Source: an uncultured Chloroflexia bacterium
GTDB taxonomy: Bacteria; Chloroflexota; Anaerolineae; Anaerolineales; Anaerolineaceae
DNA: 64,000 nt
NCBI GenBank assembly: GCA_963743005.1
Contig: CAVUNY010000006.1
Coordinates: forward strand, 109,976-173,975
Reading direction: 5' to 3'
Each line of letters begins with the position of its first letter. Position 1 is the first letter of the stretch. A model generated the notes under the pieces. That model worked only from the letters and a program-made list of their open reading frames with translations, searched no databases and had not been told where the DNA came from. This document shows, piece by piece, positions 18,428-27,984 of this stretch. Both the position numbers and the translations under genes were made by a program.

Positions 18428-19330
18428 ATGGCTTCCAGCGCTGTGACGACAAGTCCTCCTGCATCTGCCAGGCCGGCCCGCCGGAAATGGTCCGGCCCCG
18501 TCGCTTATCTGCTCGTTGCTCCCCCGGTGCTCATCATGGCCTTTCTCATTTTCTGGCCCGCGATCCAGGCATTAATTGAGACGTTGTTCGTTACAGATAG
18601 TGTCACTGGCCACCTGAGTTTTTCGCTCCAAAACTACATTAAGTTTTTCAATGATAGGATCCTGGTGGCGAACCTATGGTTTACCCTTGAGGTTACCTTT
18701 GCAACCGTGGCCTTATTGTTCGCCATCGGATTCCCGCTTTCTCTATACCTGCGCTTTTCCAAAAGCCGGATTGCGGCAGGGGTTCAGATGCTGGCCCTTT
18801 TTCCGCTCTTCGTACCAGGCGTCATTCTGGCATTCGCCTTGATCCGCTTTCTCGGCTCGCACGGCATGCTGGACACGATGTTAAGTATGGTGAGCACAGC
18901 CAGGTACTATACCCCCTATCTGCATCCATCCGGGGTCGTGATCGCTCTGGTGTGGGAAAACATTCCCTTCACCGTACTTGTCCTGACCGCCGGCCTGCGC
19001 CAGGTGGAGGATTCGGTGATCGAAAGCGCGCGAGATGTGGGCGCCAATCAATGGCAGGTATTTTCACAAATTATTCTCCCCCTGACCACCCGGGCCGTGG
19101 TGATCGTTTTTTGTTTGAATGTAATCGGCGTTTTTGGCTCATTCACCATTCCATACCTCTTAGGTCCGGCCCAGCCCATGATGATGGGCGTCTCGATGCA
19201 GCAAACCTTCAATAATTATCAGGACCGCACCGGTGCATTAACCCAGGCAGTGATCACCTTTGCGTTCTGTGCTTCCGTTGGCCTGCTGTATGTACGGACG
19301 GTTACTCGCCCCAAGACGGAGCATGCATAA
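18428..19330 (+). CDS. ABC transporter permease (PotB-like).
   Basis: A polytopic protein with the EAA-loop region. Confidence 0.8.
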   Translation: MASSAVTTSPPASARPARRKWSGPVAYLLVAPPVLIMAFLIFWPAIQALIETLFVTDSVTGHLSFSLQNYIKFFNDRILVANLWFTLEVTFATVALLFAIGFPLSLYLRFSKSRIAAGVQMLALFPLFVPGVILAFALIRFLGSHGMLDTMLSMVSTARYYTPYLHPSGVVIALVWENIPFTVLVLTAGLRQVEDSVIESARDVGANQWQVFSQIILPLTTRAVVIVFCLNVIGVFGSFTIPYLLGPAQPMMMGVSMQQTFNNYQDRTGALTQAVITFAFCASVGLLYVRTVTRPKTEHA

Positions 19331-20181
19331 TGGCACAAATTCAAGCTACTCCCCGCAAAAAATCTCAGGCCTTGAAAACGATCCAGCGTGAAGGCCTCGG
19401 CCTGATCTTGCTGATCGTGCTTTTCGTGGTCATCATTGGTCCCATGCTCGCTGTGGTTCTGTGGGCATTTACCATTCGCTGGCAGTTTCCATCCCTGATC
19501 CCTACCCAATGGGGCTTATCCTATTGGACTGAGACCCTATCTCGGGCGGACATCAAAACAGCCCTTCCACTAAGTATCGGCCTGGCGACCGCCGTCACTT
19601 TTATCTCGGCGGTCATCTGCCTGCCCGCGGCGTATGCCTTTGCCCGTATGAATTTCCCCGGGCGGCTGCCGCTCTTGCTCTCATTTTTGGCAACCAATGC
19701 CTTTCCCCGCTTCGGACTGTATGTCAGCATCGCAGTCGTTTTCTTTCGCTTGAACCTGATCGGCACCGTCCAGGGGGTGGCGCTGATTCAAATCGTCAAT
19801 ACTTTGCTGCTGATGATCTGGATCCCCACCTCGGCTTTCCAGGGGGTAGACCACGCCCTGGAAGAGGCGGCCATGGACGTTGGCGCGTCGCGCATCCGGG
19901 TTTTCATTCAAATCACCCTGCCCCTGGTGCTGCCTGCCCTCAGCGCCGCGATCCTGCTCACCTTTGTGAGCACGTTTTATGAAGCCCAGGGTGCCTTGAT
20001 CATCGGTATTCCTAACGTCACCACCATGCCTGTTTTGATGTATTCGATTATCAACAGTCAGGTGATCGTCCAATACGGTGCAATCATTTCTTTAATCCTC
20101 TGGCTGCCATCTTTACTTCTTTTGATTTTCGCGCAGCGTTTTGTCCGCGGGAACGCCATTTCTGCTGGCTTTGGAGTTTAA
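19330..20181 (+). CDS. ABC transporter permease (PotC-like).
   Basis: A polytopic protein with start/stop overlap on the upstream permease. Confidence 0.8.
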   Translation: MAQIQATPRKKSQALKTIQREGLGLILLIVLFVVIIGPMLAVVLWAFTIRWQFPSLIPTQWGLSYWTETLSRADIKTALPLSIGLATAVTFISAVICLPAAYAFARMNFPGRLPLLLSFLATNAFPRFGLYVSIAVVFFRLNLIGTVQGVALIQIVNTLLLMIWIPTSAFQGVDHALEEAAMDVGASRIRVFIQITLPLVLPALSAAILLTFVSTFYEAQGALIIGIPNVTTMPVLMYSIINSQVIVQYGAIISLILWLPSLLLLIFAQRFVRGNAISAGFGV

Positions 20182-20184
20182 CCA

Positions 20185-21363
20185 ATGTCGACACTCGAAC
20201 TTGTGGGTTTAACCAAGCATTTCACCGGTGTGGATGCCGTCAACGATGTGAACATCAGTGTGGGGGATGGGGAGTTTGTCTGCATCCTTGGCCCTTCCGG
20301 CTGCGGAAAATCCACCACCCTGCGCATGATCGGCGGGTTTGAAGAGGCCACATCTGGCGACGTAAAGATTGACGGCCAGTCGGTCGTAGATATTCCCCCT
20401 AACCATCGCCCGACCGCCATGGTCTTTCAGAAATACACGCTCTGGCCGCATATGCGCGTGTACGACAATGTCGCCTTTGGCCTGCGCCTCCGGCATACCC
20501 CCAAGGCAGAACTCGACCGCGAGGTGCTCAGTTCGCTGGAGATGGTGGGTCTCAAGGGCTATGAACGGCGTTACCCGGCCCAGCTTTCCGGCGGAGAACA
20601 GCAGCGGGTGGCTCTGGCCCGCGCCCTGGTATTAAAGCCCAAAATCCTGCTCCTGGACGAACCTTTCAGCAACCTGGATGCTTTACTGCGGGTCCGCTTG
20701 CGCGAGGAGCTTCACGCCATCCAGCGCCGCATCCAGATCACCGCCATTTTTGTTACCCACGATCAGGAAGAAGCGCTCAGCCTGGCCGACCGGATTGCGG
20801 TCATGAATGCCGGTCATCTTGAACAGCTCGACATTCCTTCTCAAATTTACGCCCACCCGCGCACGCTCTTTGTTGCCGATTTCATTGGGGTCATGAATAT
20901 CTTACCCACGCGCCGCGATGGTAATCTGCTGCGCATCGGTCGTTATTCTCTGCATGCGCCTGCTGTGTTGAATGGCGGCAGTAAATTGAATATTGCCGTC
21001 CGCCCCGAAGATCTGTTGGTCGTACAACCCGATCAGGTCACGGACCCCAGTTTATTGTGGCAGGGGACCATTGACCAATCGATCGACCTGGGGCATTACC
21101 GCAAGGTACTGGTTGTTGTGCCGGGGCTGTTCCCCGATGAGGCTGCGGATGTTTCTCGGCGAGTGAAGATGTACACTCAAAAATCCTCTGAGGATAAAGA
21201 GGGTGACCAGGTCTGGCTCTACCCGGCGCGCTATTTGGTGTACGCGGATAATGCAGAACCTATCGAAGTCTATAATCAACCCTTACGGACATCGAATGAA
21301 CCCCGCGGCGATAACCAGAACCAATCAATTCTCATACCTGGAGAAAAAGACAACCTCGATTGA
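20185..21363 (+). CDS. ABC transporter ATP-binding protein (PotA/MalK-like with a C-terminal TOBE domain).
   Basis: The protein has Walker [10 protein letters not shown], the signature LSGGEQQR, and Walker B LLLDEP. Confidence 0.9.
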   Translation: MSTLELVGLTKHFTGVDAVNDVNISVGDGEFVCILGPSGCGKSTTLRMIGGFEEATSGDVKIDGQSVVDIPPNHRPTAMVFQKYTLWPHMRVYDNVAFGLRLRHTPKAELDREVLSSLEMVGLKGYERRYPAQLSGGEQQRVALARALVLKPKILLLDEPFSNLDALLRVRLREELHAIQRRIQITAIFVTHDQEEALSLADRIAVMNAGHLEQLDIPSQIYAHPRTLFVADFIGVMNILPTRRDGNLLRIGRYSLHAPAVLNGGSKLNIAVRPEDLLVVQPDQVTDPSLLWQGTIDQSIDLGHYRKVLVVVPGLFPDEAADVSRRVKMYTQKSSEDKEGDQVWLYPARYLVYADNAEPIEVYNQPLRTSNEPRGDNQNQSILIPGEKDNLD

Positions 21364-21391
21364 TTTCTTTTATTGGAAAATTGAATATTAT

Positions 21392-22756
21392 ATGGAAACC
21401 TTTCGCAGCTCATTTGAGAGAACGTTAACCGCCGGCGACTGCAAGCAAAATATTCCTTTCGAGGTTCAGGTGCCACCCGGCACCACCCACTTCCAGGTCC
21501 ATTTCAGTTTCACCCCTCAAATGGTGGACCGGATCCGGAATTTACTGACTCTGACCATTTTTGACCCCTCTGGATGGCGTGGAGAAGGCCATCGGGGCGG
21601 CAACCGCCAGGAAGTGATGATCGCGCAAGACCAGGCCACCCCCGGCTACCGGACCGGCCCGGTCAGTGCGGGGATATGGCAGGTGGTGGTAAATTCCCAC
21701 ATGATCATGCCTGGCCCGGATTGCCAGATGCAGCTGGCGGTTTCGGGGACCGACGCGCCTGCCGGGGGATCGCCGCCCGCCTGGACGCCCGGTCGCACCG
21801 CTGCCCGCGGGCCTGGCTGGTACCGCGGGGATTTGCACGCCCACACCATTCACTCGGATGCAGCCTGGGATGTGCCTGACCTGGTCGCGTTCTCTCGTGC
21901 GCAGCACCTCGATTTTGCCATGCTCAGCGATCACAACACCGTTTCCGGGCTGCCTCAGATGGACGCGGCGCGGGCAGATGACCTTTTAACGATAGGTGGT
22001 ATGGAGCTGACCACTTTTTGGGGGCACGCCCTGGTTCTCGGCCTGCGTGATTGGATCGATTGGCGGGTTTCCCCGGGCGAAAGAATGATGGAAGACATCG
22101 AAAATGAGGCCGTTCAACGCGGTGGGCTGTTTATCATCGCGCATCCCAGGGCGGATGGCGACCCGAAATGTACCGGCTGCGACTGGCTCTACCCGCAAAT
22201 GATGCCTGGTACGGCCCGGGTGGTCGAGGTGTGGAACGAGGATTGGCTTTCGGAAAGCAACAATGAGGATGGATTGAAGCTGGCCTATGCCTGGCTCAAC
22301 CAGGGCTACCGGCTGGCTTTAACCGCCGGTTCCGATAACCACGGAGGCCATGCGATAAGACGCAAGTTTGGGTTCAACGTCGTGTATGCCGACGATTTGA
22401 CCGAGCTGGATATTCTTCAGGCTGTTCGGGCCGGGCATCTCTATCTCAGCGCTGGCCCAACCCTGGTGATGGAAGCCACCGCAGGTGGCGTGCGGGTCAG
22501 GATGGGTGATTGTCTGAAGACCAGTGCTCACCACCCGGTCAAGTTAAATGTCCGCTGGGACACATGCCCTGCCAATGCGCAGCTGGAATGGATCGTGGAT
22601 GGGGAAGCCAGGGATTGTTTTTCTGCTCAGCCCGACGGCACGCATACCTGGGAACTCAAGGACGACAATGCTCACTGGAGCCTGGTCACGTTGCGTGATA
22701 TGCAGGGCAAGATGCTGGCGCTGACCAACCCGATTTATTTGGATGGCCGCGACTAA
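21392..22756 (+). CDS. CehA/McbA-family PHP-domain metallohydrolase with an N-terminal beta-sandwich domain.
   Basis: The protein has GDLHAHTIHSDAAWD … FAMLSDHN … ALTAGSDNHG PHP motifs. The start is uncertain; the frame is open back to 21203, overlapping the ATPase gene. Confidence 0.6.
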   Translation: METFRSSFERTLTAGDCKQNIPFEVQVPPGTTHFQVHFSFTPQMVDRIRNLLTLTIFDPSGWRGEGHRGGNRQEVMIAQDQATPGYRTGPVSAGIWQVVVNSHMIMPGPDCQMQLAVSGTDAPAGGSPPAWTPGRTAARGPGWYRGDLHAHTIHSDAAWDVPDLVAFSRAQHLDFAMLSDHNTVSGLPQMDAARADDLLTIGGMELTTFWGHALVLGLRDWIDWRVSPGERMMEDIENEAVQRGGLFIIAHPRADGDPKCTGCDWLYPQMMPGTARVVEVWNEDWLSESNNEDGLKLAYAWLNQGYRLALTAGSDNHGGHAIRRKFGFNVVYADDLTELDILQAVRAGHLYLSAGPTLVMEATAGGVRVRMGDCLKTSAHHPVKLNVRWDTCPANAQLEWIVDGEARDCFSAQPDGTHTWELKDDNAHWSLVTLRDMQGKMLALTNPIYLDGRD

Positions 22757-22757
22757 A

Positions 22758-23666
22758 TCATAGGCCCAATAACGTACTGAGCGCTCCGGGAGTATTGGAA
22801 GTAAACAAATCCACGCCTGCCTTCAGCAGGCGTGGCGCATTTTTGACCGCTTCTGGTTTGGTTACGTCCATGGTCCAGGCGTCCAGTTTGATCCCGTGAG
22901 CGTGCAGTTCTTCGGCCCAGTTGAACCCATCATCCAGGGATTGGGCGATCAGGTTGTGTTCCAGGTAAAAGACACTGACGTCTGGCACAAGACTCGCCAT
23001 GCTTTCGCAGCGGTCGCGCAGGTATTCCGCTTTGGTCCAGATGGCCCGGCTGGCGAGGATGTGATCGTCGTAGTAACCGTACGCGCCAAGCTGTCTGGGC
23101 AGTTCGTCCGGTTCCTGCGGCGAATTTGCCGGTTTCCAGGCGATATACAGCATGATATCGAAGCCCAGCATCAACCAGGGCGCCATCTTACGCATCTTGC
23201 GCAGCTGCCAATCGGCTCCCGTGCTCACCAACACCCTGTCGCCTAATGGCTCGATCAGGCGCATCAGGCGCTGCAGCGGTTCGTCGTTGGAAAAGGGGAT
23301 TAAATTTTTGAAATCCAGCTGCAGCCGCGAGCGCCCCGGAGTTGATAAAAACAAATTCACTACATCGCTCAGCAGCGGCACGCGCTGCTGGCTGTGGACG
23401 CCGTGATGTTTAATGGTTAATGTCTGCGCTTTTTCCGGCGTGCAGGCGATCACTGGACCCTGCCCGCTGGTTTCCGCCTCCAGTTCGGATTCGTGAACCA
23501 GCAAATAATCGCCGTTGGCCAGGGCATTGATGTCCACTTCGATAAACTCGACGCCGGCCTGCAGGTTGGCCTGGATGGCTTCGAGTGAGTTAGGCAGATA
23601 GGGTTGGTCATCCAACGCTGCCATGTGATGAACAAATGTGGGAGAAGTGATTTTTAGTGGGGGCAC
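22758..23666 (-). CDS. Glycerophosphodiester phosphodiesterase family protein.
   Basis: GDPD motifs are present (…FIEVDINALANGDYLLVHES…). Confidence 0.65.
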   Translation of the reverse strand: MPPLKITSPTFVHHMAALDDQPYLPNSLEAIQANLQAGVEFIEVDINALANGDYLLVHESELEAETSGQGPVIACTPEKAQTLTIKHHGVHSQQRVPLLSDVVNLFLSTPGRSRLQLDFKNLIPFSNDEPLQRLMRLIEPLGDRVLVSTGADWQLRKMRKMAPWLMLGFDIMLYIAWKPANSPQEPDELPRQLGAYGYYDDHILASRAIWTKAEYLRDRCESMASLVPDVSVFYLEHNLIAQSLDDGFNWAEELHAHGIKLDAWTMDVTKPEAVKNAPRLLKAGVDLFTSNTPGALSTLLGL

Positions 23667-23830
23667 AGTGAAATCCTACTTTGGGTGATTGATGTTGATT
23701 ATAGCCGAATCGGGGCCGGCTTTACGTTATAAAATTCCCTGTTCGTGAAGGAGATTGCCGTAAATATTGTAATATTATATTAGTTATTTATACGCATTTA
23801 AATCGAAAATGTACTATAATACTGGTTGAT

Positions 23831-24904
23831 ATGAATAATAGCCATGAAAATGAGAATGTTCAGATAGATTCCGCCCATCTGAACTCCAGCTCCGTAATAC
23901 AGCCCGAAGTGTTGGTTGGGCGTAAGCTGCGCGAACTGCGCGGCCGTAAAGCGCTTTCGCTGCGCGGTCTGGCAACCCTGAGTGGGCTGAATGTCAACAC
24001 CCTCAGCCTGATCGAAAATGGCAGGTCGTCGCCTTCGGTCGGCACCCTGCAGCAGTTGGCCATCGCCCTGGAGGTGCCGATTGGGTCTTTCTTCGAATCC
24101 GAACCGGTGGAGCAACGGGTAGTTTTTACCCCGGCGGACCAGCGCCCTCTGGCGACTTTTGGCAGAATGCAAATGCAGAACCTGGGCCGGGATCTGGCCG
24201 GCAGCGCAGTCCAGCCTTTTGCGGTCACGCTCCAGCCGCGCACAGGCAGCGGCGACCGCTTGATTGTCCACACCGGGCATGAGTTCGTCTACTGCTTAAG
24301 CGGGACCATCCGCTACCAGATTGAACAGGAAGAATATTTATTAAAGGCAGGGGACAGCCTGGTGTTTGAGGCCCACCTGCCGCATTGTTGGGAAAATAAA
24401 GGCGGCGATACCGCTGAAATTTTGCTCATCCTTTACCCATCCGATGAACGTGAAGAACCGGGTGGGCGTCATTTTTCGCTTGAAACCATGAAAAAGGAAA
24501 TCACCATGAAAATAGCAGTCATCACCGATGATGGAAAGACCATCAGCCAGCATTTTGGCCGTGCGCCGTATTATCTGGTTTTCACGATTGAAGAAGGAAA
24601 AATTGTCAGCCGTGAGATGCGCGACAAAATGGGCCACAACCAATTCAGCTCTCAGCCTCATGCGCACGATTCCCATGACGCAGAACACGGGATGGATGCC
24701 GCTTCGCACAACCGGCATGCCAGCATGGCAGAAACCATCGCCGACTGCAAAGCCATTCTTTGCGGCGGAATGGGCATGGGCGCCTATGAAAGCATGCGCC
24801 AGCTCAATATCCAACCTGTGGTGACAGATCTGAGCGACATCGAGGTGGCTGTCCAGGCATTTCTGGATGGGAAGCTGGTGGATCACACTGAGTTACTTCA
24901 TTAG
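23831..24904 (+). CDS. XRE-family HTH + cupin regulator fused in frame to a NifB/NifX-like FeMo-cofactor-binding domain.
   Basis: The HTH (…LSLRGLATLSGLNVNTLSLIENG…) and cupin (…HTGHEFVYCLSGT…) are followed, with no stop, by MKIAVITDDGKTISQHFGRAPYYLVF… (Nitro_FeMo-Co-like). An internal AAGGAAAT RBS and the ATG at 24506 could also express the domain alone. Confidence 0.65.
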   Translation: MNNSHENENVQIDSAHLNSSSVIQPEVLVGRKLRELRGRKALSLRGLATLSGLNVNTLSLIENGRSSPSVGTLQQLAIALEVPIGSFFESEPVEQRVVFTPADQRPLATFGRMQMQNLGRDLAGSAVQPFAVTLQPRTGSGDRLIVHTGHEFVYCLSGTIRYQIEQEEYLLKAGDSLVFEAHLPHCWENKGGDTAEILLILYPSDEREEPGGRHFSLETMKKEITMKIAVITDDGKTISQHFGRAPYYLVFTIEEGKIVSREMRDKMGHNQFSSQPHAHDSHDAEHGMDAASHNRHASMAETIADCKAILCGGMGMGAYESMRQLNIQPVVTDLSDIEVAVQAFLDGKLVDHTELLH

Positions 24905-25019
24905 GGTTTTGTTCGATTACGATAAGGAGGCAGCCTGAAACCATATTAGGGAACTTTCATTGAGGTGATCATCGCAGTGAGTTGTGTTTTATCAAGTATT
25001 TGATAACAAGGAGGTTGGC

Positions 25020-25340
25020 ATGGCGGCTTTTACCCTTACACCCGTTGGAAAAGGGATCATGCGCTGCACACACTCCGGATCTTTTTCGCCCGAAGATGTT
25101 CAGTCTCTGGCAAAGTTTCTTGAAGATTACAAAGGCAAGCTCCTCATCGATCTCACAGGAACCACTGTGGAAGATTGCCTGAGGAATATGAGAAATTTCA
25201 GGCCGATGATGCCCACCGCGGCAGTTTTTGGCGCCCCGATTGGTCAGGAAGTGTTGGAATTGTCAAAAAGTTACTACGAGAAAGAGGTGCGTTATTTTGA
25301 AAGCGAGGATGAGGCCCTGACCTGGCTGCACGAACAATAG
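25020..25340 (+). CDS. Small STAS-like (SpoIIAA/anti-sigma antagonist-like) hypothetical protein.
   Basis: AAGGAGG RBS. An LLIDLTG core is present. The assignment is weak. Confidence 0.35.
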   Translation: MAAFTLTPVGKGIMRCTHSGSFSPEDVQSLAKFLEDYKGKLLIDLTGTTVEDCLRNMRNFRPMMPTAAVFGAPIGQEVLELSKSYYEKEVRYFESEDEALTWLHEQ

Positions 25341-25564
25341 CGGCTGCCCCTCCTGAGAGACTTATTTTCCAATCATCGCGAATATTCTAAGTATTCCCCT
25401 GGAGACCATTTTTACCAGGAGTTCTGGTTAGACTTTGTGTCGTTTTGATCCCTGCCGGTTCAATCTATGGAAAAATTAAGTTTTCGCTTAACCAATAGCT
25501 GTTTGCAAAGCTTGGGAAAATCGCAATGGGCAGGACACTGGAGCGACTTTTCTGAGGAGGTGGC

Positions 25565-26002
25565 ATGAAATTCTTATATGATGATCTGCAAAAAATATTG
25601 GCGCTTCACAATAAATTTCTGTCCGGTGAAACCGGTGGAGAAAAGGCTGACCTTAAAGACGCTGACCTGTACGGCGCCAACCTGGAGGGTGCAAATCTGA
25701 AAGATGTAAACCTGGAAGGAGCCAACCTGAAGCGATCGGTTCTGATGAATGCTAACCTGGAGGGCGCTAACCTGGAACGAGCTAATTTCAAGCATGCCAT
25801 CCTTGTATGTGCGAATCTGCATGGGGCATGCTTGAAGTCTGCCGGGTTGAAAGGTGTCAATCTGGAAGGGGCTGATTTGCGCGGCGCGGATCTTTTGGGC
25901 GCAGACCTGGAGAATGCCGAACTGGTTGGGGTTATGTTTGATGACTTTACAAAATGGCCTGACCAATTCGACTTAAGGGCACTTTATCCAAAAGGCGCAT
26001 GA
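25565..26002 (+). CDS. Pentapeptide repeat protein.
   Basis: Tandem A(D/N)LxG repeats run through residues about 30-130. Confidence 0.85.
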   Translation: MKFLYDDLQKILALHNKFLSGETGGEKADLKDADLYGANLEGANLKDVNLEGANLKRSVLMNANLEGANLERANFKHAILVCANLHGACLKSAGLKGVNLEGADLRGADLLGADLENAELVGVMFDDFTKWPDQFDLRALYPKGA

Positions 26003-26283
26003 ACCAATAGGATCTTTGCCACGCGCTATCCCCGCTGGCCCAATCCATGAAGGCTCTCGGTCTTTCAACTCATTGAACGCCAGGAAAATTAAATCCAGTT
26101 TACAGGTGCTGGTATGTTAGACGGCATGCTAATATTGGATATCAAGCCATACATTACGGAGCTCGATATTTATAGCGTAGAAAAATCAAGCCGGCATTAA
26201 ATGCTGGGGTTAAAATATCGGGTTTCAGGTAAAATAATCTTCTATCGTTCATCAAAAATCCAGGAACTCATTCAGGAGCAGAC

Positions 26284-27099
26284 ATGCAGACCAACTGGCA
26301 GCAAGGGGATGTGAAATTAAGCGACATGACCATGCATTACACCCGCACCGGCGGCGGCAAGCCGGCCGTGGTGCTGGCGCATGGTTTTTCAGATAATGGG
26401 ATGTGCTGGCTTCCGGTGGCGCAGGATCTATCGGCCAGTTATGACGTGGTCCTCCCGGACGCACGCGGGCACGGACTGTCTTCGCGCGTCGAGCCGGGTC
26501 AGGCCGCCAACCGCGCCGAAGATCTTGCGGCTTTCATTACTGCCCTCGGCCTGGACCGGCCGGTGGTGGGTGGGCATTCGATGGGCGGGTCCACCGCTGC
26601 CGTCCTTGGGGCCCACCATCCCGATTTGACGCGGGCTTTGATCCTGGAAGACCCGGCCTGGATCGACCGCCGTCCTGAACAGGCTTCGCCTGCCCGCGAG
26701 GATAATCCCTGGTTAAAGTCGCTGGAGCTGGCTGCCAGCCTGCCGGTGGAAAAAGTGATGGCGAAATGCCGCGCTGACAACCCGCATTGGGCCGATGTCG
26801 AACTCCGCCCCTGGGCCGAGTCCAAGCAGCAGCTCGATTTGAACGTTTTCGGGATGCGCGACAGCCAGATGGAACTGGATTGGAAGGTAATCGCCAGCCA
26901 TATCAGCGTTCCTACCCTTTTAATCACCGGCGATGTGGACAAAGGTTCGATCGTCAGCGCCGAAAACGCGCTGAAGGCCTGTGAAATGAACCCGATGATC
27001 CGCGTGGCGCATATCGCGGGGGTGGGGCACAATATTCGCCGCGAAGATTATCCGGCTTATATGGCGGCGGTGACCGGATTCCTGAAAACAATTCAATAA
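26284..27099 (+). CDS. Alpha/beta hydrolase.
   Basis: The protein has an HGFSD oxyanion region and a GHSMGG nucleophile elbow. Confidence 0.8.
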   Translation: MQTNWQQGDVKLSDMTMHYTRTGGGKPAVVLAHGFSDNGMCWLPVAQDLSASYDVVLPDARGHGLSSRVEPGQAANRAEDLAAFITALGLDRPVVGGHSMGGSTAAVLGAHHPDLTRALILEDPAWIDRRPEQASPAREDNPWLKSLELAASLPVEKVMAKCRADNPHWADVELRPWAESKQQLDLNVFGMRDSQMELDWKVIASHISVPTLLITGDVDKGSIVSAENALKACEMNPMIRVAHIAGVGHNIRREDYPAYMAAVTGFLKTIQ

Positions 27100-27119
27100 G
27101 CGCGCGGTCTATGCCAGGA

Positions 27120-27941
27120 TTAGAACGTCGGTTTAAGCCTCTGGATGGCTTGCTCGGCGTTCTTTTTCATATCCTGTTCTGAGGGCAGGCCTTGATACAT
27201 TGCCAAAAATTTGTTCAATTCAATGCCAGCTTCGCGCTCCTGTCCTTGTTGTAAATAGGACATCCCCAAAAAATAGTGCGGAATGTCCGCGTAAGGCGAG
27301 AGAATGGCCGCTCGCGAGGCGGCCCGGATAGCCTCTTGAGTGTCGTTCATATCTGACTGGGCAACCGCCAGGCGCAGATATGCGCTGTAATGATAGCGGT
27401 CCAACGCGACCGCCTGCTGTGCTTCGCTGAGGGCTTTGGCAAAATCTTCCTGGTTCGAATACACCAGGCTTATCATATAGTGAGCGCCAGCAGAGGCAGG
27501 TTCAAGTTGGATGGCCTGTTGCAATTCTTCCGCGCTCAAATCATATTTTTCCTGATCCAGATGGATGCTGGCGCGTTCGATCAAAATATCCGCTTTTCTG
27601 GCGCCTGCCTTTTCGGCCTCATCACATGTGGCTAACGCCAGGTCATAATTTTCTTGACGAGAAATTGCCTCTGCCAGGGACAGGTAGAAATTGGATGGGC
27701 GCTGCCCATCCTTGATCGCTTCTCTGGCAGCCTTTTCGGCTTCCGCGGGCAGGTTGGCGTCCAACAGCACATGGATGATCTGGCTGTGGTCGATGTCCAT
27801 TTTCTCTGAAATTCCAATAGCTGCTTGGATCTCGGCGATACTCGCGTCTACCTGGCGCGTCTCGATCAGTAAATCGGCCAGAAGCGCATGCGCTCCTGCC
27901 CAATCCGGGAAAAGCTCCACGGTCTCCCGGCTGAATTCCAC
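27120..27941 (-). CDS. TPR repeat protein.
   Basis: GTG start. The protein has several 34-aa TPR-like units. Confidence 0.6.
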   Translation of the reverse strand: MEFSRETVELFPDWAGAHALLADLLIETRQVDASIAEIQAAIGISEKMDIDHSQIIHVLLDANLPAEAEKAAREAIKDGQRPSNFYLSLAEAISRQENYDLALATCDEAEKAGARKADILIERASIHLDQEKYDLSAEELQQAIQLEPASAGAHYMISLVYSNQEDFAKALSEAQQAVALDRYHYSAYLRLAVAQSDMNDTQEAIRAASRAAILSPYADIPHYFLGMSYLQQGQEREAGIELNKFLAMYQGLPSEQDMKKNAEQAIQRLKPTF

Positions 27942-27984
27942 CGCCGTATCAGGCTGCCCGGTATAAATGTAAGCCTTGGTTAAA

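Noticed and set aside
21203-21391. An upstream extension of the PHP/CehA gene overlapping the ABC ATPase 3' end.
   Set aside because: The frame is merely open across the ATPase tail. The conserved N-terminal domain begins near the ATG at 21392. The start remains uncertain, so only the shorter model is reported.
27942-27984. Possibility that the two TPR ORFs (27120-27941 and 27985-29820) are one frameshifted gene.
   Set aside because: The frames differ by one, but the downstream ORF has an in-frame TGA just upstream of its GTG start, and there is a 43 nt gap. I see no residue-level continuity evidence, so they are kept as two genes.
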